A DNA stretch of 63,623 bases, the filler included, from Streblomastix strix (Eukaryota): the NCBI GenBank assembly GCA_008636045.1. It is 4 parts of 4 records of this genome, joined end to end, with 100 filler letters (N's around TTAATTAATTAA, not from the genome) between each part and the next. Parts side by side here need not be neighbours in the genome. Positions count along the whole stretch, not along the records: positions 1 to 15,836 come from SNRW01000925.1; 3 more parts are not named here. One strand, given 5' to 3'. Below are positions 1 to 13,106 of the stretch, piece after piece. The notes under the pieces are model-generated. The model did no database searches and was not told the DNA's origin. It saw only the letters and a program-made list of their open reading frames with translations. The translations under genes and the position numbers were made by a program. Every line of letters begins with the position of its first letter. Positions within the stretch are counted from its first letter, which is position 1.

Positions 1-2305
1 TAGGAGTGTCTTTACCTTATTCTTTTACCAGTTCAGAATTTTTTGCACCTTCCAGTTTATCTTTTAGATTCTTTAATTCTTTGTTGCTTTTATTCAGTTC
101 ATCATCTTTCTTCTATTCTTCGTCTTCGTCTCCTTCGCTCAAGAATATATCATTTTCTAAGAAGAACATCTGATAATATTTGTGATTATAAATAAAAATA
201 TAATTAAGAAGAGCAAATATAATTAAAATCTGCAATATCCTAAGAGTTCATTCATTAATAATGCAAACCTAGAATATCCTGGCTAATTCAATAGACACAA
301 ACAAAGATATTGGAATTATGTACGAGTACAAAACAAAAGCTCCTCCTGCATTGATCAAGAAAGCAACAAACGAATTTGAATTAGTTGGAGCTTCTGTTAA
401 GAATAAGTATGGATGTTATTTTCCTGATTTATTCTGAATATATGAAAGAGGATGAATAAAATAAAAATTAAATATTATTATAGTAAAACACATCATTCAC
501 TCAATTAAACAAACCTCTAATACTGTCTATAGAATTGCATGGAGAATAACAATAACATCATTAACTAGGAAGAATATTCCTATTATCCAATTTAATCTAT
601 ACTCTAAATGAGACATTTTTGATTTTGGAGGCTATAATAATTTGAGTGATAATAAACAATTAATAATTAATAAAATTCATAACAATATTTAAATATTCAA
701 TTTCGTCTATTATTCATACTTGTGTGTTCTATTGCATCTTTGTTTCCTTCCCAGTATAGACACAAACACCTACAACATAACATTATATAATAAATATATA
801 GTTATTAATTAAAATTGATATTTCTAAGTTTATCACTCTTAAATTATAATACCTACGGCATATGCAGTATTCTTCAAGAAGCATCCCTTTAATAACAATT
901 AACTATCATCCATAGGAATTGGCTATACAGTATCCAATCTTTTTAATCTTTTCTTCTTGTTCTCCTCATCATTGTCTGTGTCAATGGATTAACTTTGAGT
1001 TAATGGAGATGAATCAGGTATTTATTTAGATTGGTTCACCTCAGTGATTAAAGGAGATTGTTGTTACTTGGAAGATTATGTATAGACATTGTCAAGGGTA
1101 AGTTTACCTGCAAACTGTTGATATATGTTTTAATATTTAAATGTGATAAAAGAAGAAGAAGAATAATAATAATATATAATAATAATAATATCTATCATAC
1201 ATTAATCAAAGAACGAGAAGGAGCTTCACATTCAACATTTCCAGCCCATGAGCAGAGTGACTTTGAGAGATTCTACTCTGCATGGCACAATATCTTCTCC
1301 TCCCAACTTGCAGGAGCAAACATCGCATCTTCTTCTTATTACTTCTTCAATTCTTTTGCTGTTTTCTCTTTTCCTTCATCTTTCTGGTTCTTCTGTTCTT
1401 TCTCTCTCTTCTTCAATACTTTCTCTTTATCCTTCTTTTTGTATCCACGCATCTCATCTAAATAATCTTCAGTGGGTGTATAGGAATGGTCAAGCTTCTA
1501 AAAATCTATTTATTGTTAAAATTATTTTATATATTGAGGTTTTAAATAGAATGTACAAACTAAGTGCTTGATAGGTACTTATAGAAGACCTTTTTATTTT
1601 TAAATTTGTCTCTCCATCTTCAAAAATATTATTAAAGTCAAATAAATAAATGTGATTAAGAATATATATATAATCATTTTAGTATTTTTTCAATAGTTAT
1701 CAAATAAAATACCTAAGTTCATTGTATTCACATACGATACACCTCCATCTTCAGATGAGTAGAGCAATAAGAAATCACATGGAATTTCTTAGTTTCTAAA
1801 AAATTACAAATAATTTTAATTAAATTAATATCTATTTACACACTTTCTCATGAAAATGAAGTCTCCTACACTTACATCCGATGTTTTCATTGTCGAAAAA
1901 GATGTACTTTTTCCGAGTCGAATCGCCCGCACAGGTTTAGAATTTGTCTTATAGTCAGTAATATGTCTCCTGATATCTTCGTAGGCATCTTTTATAGCAG
2001 TAACAATTAAGATGAAAGCAAGTGGGAATATGGCGGTGAACATCGAATAGATTTCCATTCCAGGCCTAAAATTAGATAAAAATGAGATGAAATGAATAAT
2101 AAAGATAATATATAACATACAGTGAATTAATGATCATGACCAAGAGAAAGTATATATTTGACATGTGCCGAAATTGTTCAAAAAGGTTCTTTGGTATGAA
2201 GCTCCACCATGTGTACTTCGATGTACAAACTTTGTTTGAACAGTATTTCCCACTGAGATCCTTATTTAATTGAAATACTCTATTTTCAGCTTTATTTGAA
2301 CCCAT
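1..2305 (-). CDS. P4-type ATPase (phospholipid flippase), N-terminal part, multi-exon, runs off the contig end
   Basis: Translates to N-KVCTSKYTWWSFIPKNLFEQFRHMSNIYFL, FPLAFILIVTAIKDAYEDIRRH, VSVGDFI, IPCDFLLLYSSEDGGVSYVNTMNL-DGETNLK (split by an intron near 1620-1710) and IPISLFVSIE near 290-320. These are hallmark P4-ATPase motifs. An in-frame upstream ATG at about 2353 is possible. Confidence 0.93.
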
Positions 2306-2494
2306 CTGATAAAAAATAAGAAATATAAATTACTTGCTTGAAATCGAGTTCATGGTAGAAATAATATATATCTTTATTTTAAATGATCAAAGCAATCAAT
2401 AAAATATTGCATTTAAATGTTTTTTGTGAAAAAATTTGCGCGAAAATTTCTCGTACGTGTTTATGGGGACGAAAGTCGCGAAAAAATAATTCTA

Positions 2495-4048
2495 ATGTCT
2501 AAATATCTGTATGAAATTTAAAGCTATATTTTATATTAATTTATTTTTATTTGTACAGCATTTTTGGTGGGCTTGGATTCATCGGAAGAAACCTTGTCAA
2601 GTTTCTCATAGATCAGAAGGCTGCCAGCAAGATTCGCGTTGTTGATAAACAGATTCCCGAGACAGCCTGTTTAGGTGAATATTTCTAGGCATATTTTAAT
2701 CATCCGTCCGTTGAACGTTTACAGATAAACCTCGCAAATGCCGAAGCAACAAAACGCGCTTTCTAGGGCAACCACTTCGACTACGTTGTGAACCTTGCTG
2801 CTGAGACAAAATATGGGCAAGACGATCCGGTCTATGAAGAACATATAGTAAATATTGCTGTGAACATTGGGAAAGAAGCACACGATCATCAAGTCCAACG
2901 TTTCATCCATATTTCAACTGCGCAAGTCTACGATGCAGATAAAAAGCCGTCAAAAGAAAATGACAAGATAAAACCATGGACAAAGATCGCTGAATTTCAC
3001 AAAAAGGCTGAAGATGAGCTCTTGAAGCTATCATTACCACTCATTATTTTGCGCCCAGCAGTTGTCTACGGCCCAGGAGATACGATCGGATTGAGTTTGC
3101 ATTCTTAACCAGAATTTATTATTTATTATTCTTATCATCTATTTTATAGCTCCAAGATTCATTTGTGGTGCTGTCTACAGCCATCTGAAAGAGAAAATGC
3201 AATTCCTTTGGACTAATGACCTCAAAATCAACACAGTTTTATTTTAATATTCATTTATTAATAAATATATTATTTTATATTTATCATAATTTGCTATTGT
3301 TTTTGATAGGTTCATGTACGTGATGTTGCTGGTGCAATTGTTATTCTTGCCTAGAAGGGAGTTAATGGAGAAATATACAACCTCTCAGATAAAACAGAAA
3401 CTGGTATGAATTGATTTCATATTTATTTTCATATTATTAAATTCACTCATACAATAGATCAATAGAAACTAGCTGATATATTAAGTCTACTGTTTCGCAT
3501 AGAAATTGGGTATGTGCAACAATATTACCACTCATATTTTTATAATTATTGGATGTTTCTATTTTCTATTATTATTATTCATCTTCAATAATATCCAGAT
3601 TTGTAGGAGCTGCAAAGTCAACAGTTGCATAAGTAAGCATGAAGAGCATTGTAGAGGATATCAATGAGAAGCATATGAAACCATGGAATGACCTCTGCAG
3701 AGTTTGAAATGATTGAAATATTCAATTTCTTATTTATATCTATATTTAATATTTCATTATTTAGGCTGCTGGTATTACAAACACACTACTATCTCCGTTT
3801 ATTGACCAAGAACTGCTCTACAAGAATCCACTCAGTGTTGATGGTACCAAGATCGAAGGTCTTGGTTTCAAATATCTTCATCCTCAGGTAATAATTTATA
3901 TTAATTATTTAATAATGTTGCATATTTCTATTTCTTTATTATAAGCTCAATCCTGTTCTCGTAAAGGAAGTTGTTGACTCATATATCTAACAAGGCCTCT
4001 TCCCTGTTCCAAAGGTATTATTATTATTTGTATTACTAATTAATTATC

Positions 4049-4093
<45 letters not shown>

Positions 4094-4137
4094 AGGATTA
4101 TCCAAAACCTCAAGTCCAAGCAATTCCAAAGTTTTGA
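2495..4137 (+). CDS. NAD-dependent epimerase/dehydratase (extended SDR), multi-exon
   Basis: Spliced start MSKYL|IFGGLGFIGRNLV gives the GxxGxxG motif. Also VVNLAAET, FIHISTAQVY, ILRPAVVYGPGD, VHVRDVA and GEIYNLSD. It ends in TGA at 4135-4137, and in-frame TAG/TAA are read as Gln. Confidence 0.9.
4054..4088. repeat. (TA)n microsatellite in the last intron of the epimerase gene
   Basis: Direct reading of the sequence. Confidence 0.9.
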
Positions 4138-4329
4138 AAAGATAAAAATGGAATGAAAAAGATTTTATAAATCATAATTTAAGAAAGTGATGTGTAATAG
4201 ATGATTATTAAATCAAGGGATATTGTATTATTTTTACCTGTTTAATTCAATCAGTATTAAGCAACTCAATATTAGTATATATTTTTTTATCAAAATAAAT
4301 ATATTACATATTAACATATACTTTTTGTT

Positions 4330-4710
4330 GTTTGAAGTGGGAATGAAGTGAAATATTACTTCGGACTACAAGATTATATATCAGTACACGATAATGGATG
4401 AAAATGTGGTAAATAAACACACTCCACTCCCCCAAATCAATAAAATATATCCTTTTGTGGTTTCAGCGAAGTATTATAATGCAGCTGACAATAAAGAACC
4501 CACAATAACTCCGTACATGAGTCCTGTTGAAGCTCCGACTACTGTTGCAACTATAATAAATATAGGAGCTTTCTTTTTGAGTGATAAAATTGAGAAAAGG
4601 CTGATAAGAAAGAAAATTATCGATGTGAGAATTACACTCCAAATTATAACAGCCAAAATTTGGTCAAAAACAGTGCTGAAGTCAGCATTGAGCTAAAAGA
4701 ACTAAGGCAT
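4330..4710 (-). CDS. Small three-TM membrane protein, TMEM170-like
   Basis: Three hydrophobic segments (AVIIWSVILTSIIFFLISLFSIL; IFIIVATVVGASTGLMYGVIVGSLLSAAL; YILLIWGSGVFIYHIF) when TAA is read as Gln. The size and layout resemble TMEM170. The 3' end is uncertain. Confidence 0.4.
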
Positions 4711-5435
4711 CTTTATCAATTAAGAATGAAATGAACTAATATTATATATTTAAATATATAATTTCAAAAATATACAGAATAAATTTTGAAAGAGAATAAA
4801 TTGGATGGAGAAAAATTAAATCTAATTAAAAATTGAATATTATATAAAAATAGATTTTATTGTATGTTTATATAACAAATTAAATCAATTAAATGTTGAA
4901 TTAAAAGTGAAATTATGATTTAATTTATTTTGAAATTTCTTACACAAATTTTGAGACGAATTAAGTGTAAATAAATATAAATAATAATAAATTATTTTTA
5001 AAATAATAAAATTGGTAGTTATTTATCAAATTTAAAGATTAATGTATTGAGACTATAGCTCAAACCGAGATTTAATATTTTTTTTGATCGTATACTTCTT
5101 TCAGTGAAAAAGAATAAACAAATAGATGATTCGTATGCTATTGTGAGCAGTATTAATATGTATTCTTTGTTCTATTTAGAATCATCAATTATTTCGTTTT
5201 GAATCTTATAAAAAGCTCAAAATAAATGATGCCAATTTATTTATTTGAAAGATGTAATAAAAATAACAATAATAAGAAGAAATAATGATTATTTTAATTC
5301 AGTCTCATCAATAATCTTAATTTTCATATTTTTTTTTATTTCTGTATCAAACTCCTCTCTCTTTTTCCTTTCATTTGTGAATTACGAAACCTACTTTCCA
5401 ATCATTGCTTTTGATGATTCTGCTTTCTTTCTTCT

Positions 5436-6414
5436 CACTAATTGTCTGGATTATTCTTAAATTCCTCTAAAACTGGATCTCTTTCTGGCTATTTTGACCC
5501 TCCATATAAATATGTCTAATTCAAGGCAATTGCATATGTTTATAAAGTGAATATATTATCACTAATACATAATATCTTGTCTTTTCGTTATTCATGGAAT
5601 CTAATGAGATATTCAACAACTTGGAATTTTATTGGATTGGTCATGTATAAAAGATATTTTTTGCTGTAATGAAGAAAATAATATTGAATAAATAAAGAAT
5701 ATAATTATGAACTAATAAAATCACACATATTATCAGCTCTAAGATACGATCTAAAGAATTTTAAGCTCATTGGACAAAGAATTTCCATTCACTGCACTTG
5801 AGCAAGAAATCCATCTTTCTTCAAATCTTTCCAATTTGCTTCATAGAGCTTTGGTCCAATCAAATTTTTGAGATCATTAATTCTCTGATCTTCACAAACT
5901 AATGTGGCAGTGAGACCAAGTTTTATATGAGCTCGAACAAGAGAAAATACCTTTATGAAATAATTACAAATATAATAATGAATAATAATTTTGCTTAGTA
6001 TTATATCTTACTTATTTAATATATAATCTATTAATATCCTAATCATAATAACCTGTCTAAATGTATAAGCAGGTACCACATGCACTTCATCAAATACCAA
6101 CAACCCCAATTCATTCACAGTAAAAAGCGGACGAGGTCCATATTTCTCTTGTTCAAGAAACTGTGGAATAAAAAGAAAGCAGTTGATAAAATAATATACC
6201 TATTAGCATACCTAGAAATTGGTTCTACAATAGCAATCATAAAATCATATGCTTATTTGTAAATAGGAGACATGGTTTCAAGGACGATGAGTGAATTTGG
6301 TAGGATCCAAAGTGGGCGTGACTAATGTCCAGGAATAAGTTTCATCTTTTCAGGTCCTGATACAAAATCTTGAAAATAATTATCTTCCACATCATCATCT
6401 TCATCTTCAAACAT
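5436..6414 (-). pseudogene. XPB: TFIIH helicase XPB (ERCC3/Ssl2) homolog, internally deleted and truncated
   Basis: The N-terminal block HQSRPLWILPNSLIVLETMSPIYKQAYDFMIAIVEPISR is followed directly by [70 protein letters not shown] and YLYGG. There is no Walker A region, an in-frame TGA lies at 5789-5791, and an early TGA lies at about 5436. Confidence 0.85.
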
Positions 6415-6738
6415 TAACTTTTTTATTTTATTCTTTAAAAAAAATAAAATATTAAAATATTCATTCAAAATGTTTTATAATTCATTGATATGTAAAGAAA
6501 TTGATTTAAAATATATATTTACATAATAATAAAAGTTTATATAAGATAATAAATCTATAATTATCGCAGAAAAACTAAAATAATATAGTTTGTTTATTTT
6601 TATATCAAATAAAGAATTTATCATAGTATATTTAAGAAAATTATATTATATTATATTATTTAAATAAAAATAGTTTATTCGAAAGATAAGGCAATTTTGT
6701 GGAAAAATGTACCAAATTAGTATTTCGAGTTTCGTTCG

Positions 6739-7562
6739 AATGACAAGCGCTTAAGAATTAATTAGCGGATAAATTTAGGATGTATTTAATGGTATAGATA
6801 TTTTGAAAGAGGAGTAAGATCTTCAGCTTGGGGCTATTGAGGAGAAAATAGAAGCATTATAAAAAGCCCGCGATCTGTCTGAAGGTCAAATACTTTTTAA
6901 TATAATTGAAATTTTTTTATGAATAACTTATTTTTCTTTTTTATTTTAATTGTGTTTCAACTTTCTTCACCTTCAGAAGCACTGCGACGAGTAAAATAAA
7001 ACTTAGAAGCAGATTTTTCTGCAACACAGGGATATATTGAACGAGATATAAATTAAGGTAAAAAAAATAGCTTTGAAACTGATGGAAAATTGAGACGAAG
7101 TGTAGAATTATGTTTAAAAACACTTAAAGAAGACTTTTTAAAGTATAGTGCATAACTCGATGGGGACATTGCAGATAAATTTCTTTTAATTAGAAATGAT
7201 ATAGATCATGTTAGAAGATTAATTGCAGATGATAGAAAAGATAGAGACGATGCAGGAACTGCAATTTTTGAGAGAAATTTAGCTGAGATTAAAGCATTAT
7301 AAAGTCTACTTGAAATAGAAAGGAAAGCAAGACACAATACCGAAAAGAAGATTTATGACAACATGGATATTATTAAACGTACTTTTTTTTCTGAATTAAA
7401 AGTATGCTAAGCAAACTTTTTTATTTTCTTGATATTTTGATGTCATATTATTATGTTAAGAAATAAGAAGAAGAGAGCGAAGCTAAGGAAATACGCCTAA
7501 TAGGCATATTAGAGGATTAATGTAAATCTGTTGAAGAGGCTTTGAGTTATGAGCAGATCTGA
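6739..7562 (+). CDS. SF-assemblin/beta-giardin-like coiled-coil cytoskeletal protein
   Basis: About 230 aa of coiled coil with two introns, ending LEIERKARHNTEKKIYDNM...KQEEESEAKEIRLIGILEDQCKSVEEAL. This resembles the SF-assemblin C-terminus. The start codon is unresolved. Confidence 0.55.
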
Positions 7563-7924
7563 ACTTATAACGCATAAAATAATTAATATACATATAATTA
7601 ACACTTATAAAATAAATAGTATATAAATATTTAATATCAACTTTCACTTAATTTAAAGTCATTTCGTGTTTTTTTTGGCAATCGGAAAATTTTTAATTTA
7701 TCTGCAAACCCATTGTACAGTATCAAATTTTATAGAATATTACTGATAAATAAATACAAAATATGCTATTTTGACAAGATTTTAAAATTTATTTGCAATA
7801 AATAGCCCAAGATTGAGTTCAAAAGCAATTTTTTTTTTCAAATCAATTTAGCATACATCCTAGTAAATATTTTAAAAAATTTAGTTATTTTTAATTAATA
7901 TTTTATATTTTTTCAGAGAATAGA

Positions 7925-9612
7925 ATGTCACTTACCATCAAATCAACGAGTAGCTTTGATGATCAAGTCGAAGATGTGAGCTGGACATAAGCCATTAAGA
8001 AGGAAGCAGATTCCATCCCAAGAATAACTGCTGATACTCTAAAAAAATTATGTAAAAAGCATGATCTATTTTAGACACCATATTTGAACGATAAATTATA
8101 TCTTCATTACCAAGCCTTTCGCAAAATTGAAAATCTTGATGGATATAGTGCTGTAAAGGCGCTGTGGCTTCAAGGAAACATAATAAGTCGAATTGAAAAC
8201 CTTGAACCGTGTCCTGAACTTCGTTGTCTCTATCTGTAGGACAACGCAATAGAGGTCATTGAGAACCTTGAACCAGTGCCACTACTCGACTCCATCAATC
8301 TGAACAATAATCGTGTTCGTGAGATCACAGGTATCTCAGTTGTCCCACTCCTTCATACACTTAGCCTTGTTAATAACAACATTGGATCAGTGGCTGCAAT
8401 GGAGGGAATTCGTGGACACCCTCATCTTGGGTTTGCTTATTATTCATTTTATTTCAATTTTGTTTTTATTCTGTAAATTATCAAAGGATTTTGGATCTTT
8501 CAGACAACAGTTTACCTGAAGAAGATGCACAGGCATTAGTTGATCTTCTGAGTACTTTACCAAACCTTGCAGTATTAAGACTCGTTGGCAATCCAATCCT
8601 AAGAGCACCAGAATTCCATATTCGGAAGAAGATAATATTAGGATGTAAGAGATTAACATATCTGGATGATAGACCAGTATTTGATTGGGAACGTCTTTTA
8701 GTAGAAGCTTGGGGAAGAGGTGAAACAAGAGAAGAGAAACTATAATTTGAATAAGAAGAAAGAATAAGACAAGGAGCAGAAAAGAAGGAAAGAGACAGAA
8801 GAAATTTGGCTGCAATGACGATGTTGATGGAAGATGGGAAATCAAGATTGTTGTCTCTGGAAATGGAAGAAGAAAGAAGTGGTGTTAAATCTGAAGAATT
8901 GGATAAAATCAGAAACTGGAAACCTAATAGTGACTTTGGAGATGATTATAATGAATTTTCAAAGGAAAGAGAGTAATTCCTAAAAGCTAAAAAAGAAATT
9001 GAAGAAGATGATAAATAAGAGAAAGTTGAGGAAGATGAAGAAGAATAAGAAGAAGAATAACAATAAGATAAATAAAAAGAAAAAGAAGTTAATGATAATG
9101 AATAATAAAAGAAGAATTAAAAAGAAGAAGATGATGAAATGGAGATAGAAAGATTATTGAATGAAGTTGATAGAGAAAAGAAAAAAGATTAAGAAAAGAA
9201 AAATAAAGATGAAAAAGAATAAGATTAATAAACTGTGTAAATATAAGAGATAATTAATGTGTTGAGAATTGAAGAGAAATCAAAAGACGAAGAAAAAATA
9301 GATGAAATTGTTGCAGATGAAGCAGTAGCTGAAACAAGTAATAATAAATCAAATGAAGATTAAATCAACAATAAAGATAAAGATATTGATAATAAAGAGC
9401 AATTGGATGCGATGAAGGGCATTGTTGAAAAGAGGGGATAAGCTTATCTGATCAAAGAAGATAATAAAATACTGTAAAATGGAATTAGTGAAACTGAAAA
9501 TGAAGCTAAAAAGAATGAAGAAGAGGTGAAGAATGATTAGGAGACCAGCGCTGAAGAAAAATAAATGATGAAAAGACTCATCAATGAAATGAAAACTGAT
9601 GAAGTTGACTGA
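7925..9612 (+). CDS. DNAAF1: Dynein axonemal assembly factor 1 (LRRC50/ODA7), LRR protein with an acidic C-terminal tail
   Basis: [54 protein letters not shown], followed by LRRs and [34 protein letters not shown]. One intron at about 8431-8487. TGA at 9610-9612. Confidence 0.92.
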
Positions 9613-9799
9613 AAATAAATAATTTGGCTTTCTTTGTTACATCTCATATTTTATTTTATCTTTATTTTTATTTCTAATATTATCTTTATATTCACTTCAA
9701 ACATTCGATTAAATAAGAAAGTGAATAAAATGAAAAAAAAATATATAAATAAAATGAATGTAACTAGCCAATTATTATTGAGCTATACACTTGTTAACA

Positions 9800-10822
9800 A
9801 ATTGTAAATAATTATTCAAGATCATCGTAATTAAGCAATTTTCATGTTTCTCCAACTTCACCTTCATTAAGATTATCCTTTTCTAAAAGTGTTTAATTCA
9901 CTTTCTGTTGATCTCCTGCTTATCCATATCCAATATCTTTAATCTTAGATTTTTTATTCTTTTTTTAATCTTATTCTGAAATTAATAATGAATTTTCTTG
10001 GTCAGATTCTTCCTCATCAAAGCTTGCATTTTGTTTCTATAGTTCTGTTTTAAAAAATTACGATATCTTATCCAAACGTTTCATTGCTTAATTAATGACA
10101 CTATAAAATAAAAATTCATTTAAATAAAATGATTAAAAGTATAATATTTAATAATTTCTTATACTTTGACTGAAATCCTGCACGTTATGCTACATTAATC
10201 ATACGTTATTTTACATTTTCTGGAGGTTATTTTAGTTCATCAATGAAAAGTTCATCGAGATACTTGAGCAATATAAAATGTTATGATGTAAAAAAAGAAA
10301 AAATATGTAAATACTTTATCTATAAAATTCTGAAGAAATTGTGAACGTGAATCAAAACCACTATATTATGAATCATCATCTAAATCATTTGCATTTTATG
10401 AATCATCCTTTCGTTTAAGTGCTTCTAATGTTGTATACAGAGCTATATTCTATGGTTAGAAGATTGTTTTTTCATATTATCAAATAAAAAATAAATTAAA
10501 ACTTCGTTATTAAATTATTCTTTTGGAATAACAGCTTCAAAATATGCTCCATCGCATCCATTTTCTTCCCTAAAATAAAAAAATGAAATTGTAAGTAGAA
10601 CTTCGTTAATACAAGCAAACCATATATTATGAAAGCCAGGAATAGGCCAAGAAAAGTCATCATTTCTGTTAATAAGATTAAAACAATAATTATAATTGTA
10701 GAATGGAGAAAATAAGCTCCAAACAAAATTGTGGCTATTGTACTCGGACCAGTGTCGCGTACTTCTGTATCTTGGATGTTTTTCAATAGTGGTATGACAT
10801 CAAGAATTTTGGAGTAAGCCAT
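9800..10822 (-). CDS. Hypothetical protein with an N-terminal hydrophobic hairpin and a coiled-coil C-terminus
   Basis: ORF 10496-10822 has two TM-like stretches. Downstream exons are flanked by GT-AG and open only if TAR is read as Gln. The end is uncertain. Confidence 0.45.
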
Positions 10823-10851
10823 TACTAAAATAGAACGAATTTTGTTGGTTT

Positions 10852-12679
10852 ATGAAAATATTGAATTATTTATTATAGTAACATTTATTTGTATCTATTT
10901 TATTATAAAAGTATTATATTAATAATTAGATAAGTTTCTAATTAAATTTTAGGAAAGATATTCAACAACTTCGTTGCCCAATAAAAGTAATAAGCTATTT
11001 CACCAAAAGCGAATTTCAGAATCTCAACAGAATGGCATAATAATCATGCAATATTACATATGGATCTACTAATCTTTAAAACAAAAGTGTCATTTTTGCT
11101 GGAAAACAACTGAAGCAATGTGAAAAAAAGAAACGAGCTGCTTTCATGGATGATGCCATATCTGAGATTTACTCGTGCTCGTCTGTTAATCCTTATCGTG
11201 ATGCAATCATTCATAGGTTTACATTAATCAATTTCAAACATTTTTTTACCTTTAAAATGATGTTTTTTTAATTTTATTTTTAAATTTCCAGTTTTGCTCT
11301 ACAGGTCCACAAATTATTGAAGCATGGAATGAATATTCACGCTAATCTTCAATCTCTAGAACCTATATTCTGTGAAACTCTTTAAGACTTGGTTTATATT
11401 TGAATTTTAGCCACGCATTAATTTTTCACTATTTTGTTTCTTGTCTAAACATTATTATTATCATTCAGAGAGTATGCACTCTGGAGGAAATCTCATTGCC
11501 ACCCATTACGCATGTTGAGAACTTCATTGGGTCACTTGTACGGCAGCTAAGACTACATGGAGCAATGGCTATTTGTGCTCTTGTTTATGTTGAGCGATTA
11601 ATCAATGATGCTGGGGTTTTATTCCACCGCGTGAATTGGAGACGTATCTTGATTGCTGCATTATTAGTTGCTTGGAAGATGAATGAGGATCATCTCATCC
11701 TCGACAGCAGTATTCTGAAAGTTTTCCCATTCTTCAAGACAGCATAAATCTGCGCTATAGAAAGAACTTTTTTAGAACTTTTGAACTTCAATGTGAATGT
11801 TAGTGTGAAAGAATACACACAATATTATTTTGAGCTTCGATTAATCGCTGGATCTGAAATATTGAAGAAAATAGAGAACATGGACAAGAAAAATAGCCAA
11901 GTTTGTTATATTCAAACTTCTCTTTTTCTTAACAATATTTTTTTTCACAGAAAATTGGATGGTATAGAAAGAGACAATGCAGAAGATTGAAAAGAGGCTC
12001 TTTGGATGATACTGATGTATTTTTTGTCAATCAGAAAAGAACTATATTGTAGAAAGATGGAAATGTAGATATTGGTGCCATTAACACTGAAAGAGTAGGT
12101 AAAGGATTTTGGAGATGGGGAGAAGAGATAATAATTCCACTTGAAGATGTTATTGCATGGATAAAAAACCCGATTAAGATACCATAGTTTAAACTTACTA
12201 TCAAATCATCCAATGCACTTGAAAACTCCAATTGTACAATTGATACTAAGAACCAGACAAATAACACTCTAAATACATAAAGTTCAACTGTTGTCGATAA
12301 ACTCCAGAGTGCGAACTACTTGAATTCATTCAAAACACCAGTCAAACAACAAATTTAGTAGTTAAATGGGTCATTATAAAAACCAGGATCGACTTTTAGT
12401 GTTTCTAGCATGCCGAATTCACAAAACTCTGGGATTATTAAAAGGAATGTTGTACAAAAGTCAAACTTATCAATTAGTGCAAAGAAATCCCAAGTGAGAC
12501 ATAATGAACCAAATGGTAGTACAAATGCATCTTTGAATTCGTCAGAAAAAATCAAACGCTCTGGTGTATAACTGAATTAGAGTGATATTACTTCATACAA
12601 ATCCAATGTTAGGACATTCAAGGATGTTACAGCGGACGCCTCGGCTGTCTCCACACCGCAGGTTGTACGGAAGAACTGA
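10852..12679 (+). CDS. Cyclin Y-like protein (cyclin box, PHO80/CCNY group) with an S/N-rich tail
   Basis: AICALVYVERLINDAGVLFHRVNWRRILIAALLVAWKMNED...IERTFLELLNFNVNVSVKEYTQYYFELR matches the cyclin Y box. The start is uncertain and TGA is at 12677-12679. Confidence 0.85.
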
Positions 12680-13106
12680 TTAATATCGATTACATGTTGA
12701 CAATTTTATTTGCAACAGTAGAAATTTTTTCAATTTTATGTGGAGAACATTGTCAACTTAGGGCGAAATTGTCTTTATTTTGTAATTTATTAGTTTTAAT
12801 TTTAATCTTTTAGCTGAGATTTAGATTTTAACACTTCATTAGAGATTATCCATTTCTTTAAAGTCAGTTGTGTGGATCTTAATGTAAATAGTTTATTTTG
12901 TTTTATTTTTCATTTCAATTATTATTATTATTTGAATTTCTCAGCAGAGAGATTATGATTATTATCACTTCAATTTACGTTAAATAATAAAACTATCAAA
13001 TAAGAAATTGAATCAAAGTTAATATATATTATATTGACTAAAAAATATAATTATAGAATATTAGACACAATTATTGAAATGGAAGTGTATGTATATTAAT
13101 TAATCT

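Noticed and set aside
1058..1571. Plus-strand ORFs of 135 and 107 aa
   Set aside because: They are antisense shadows of charged exons of the P4-ATPase.
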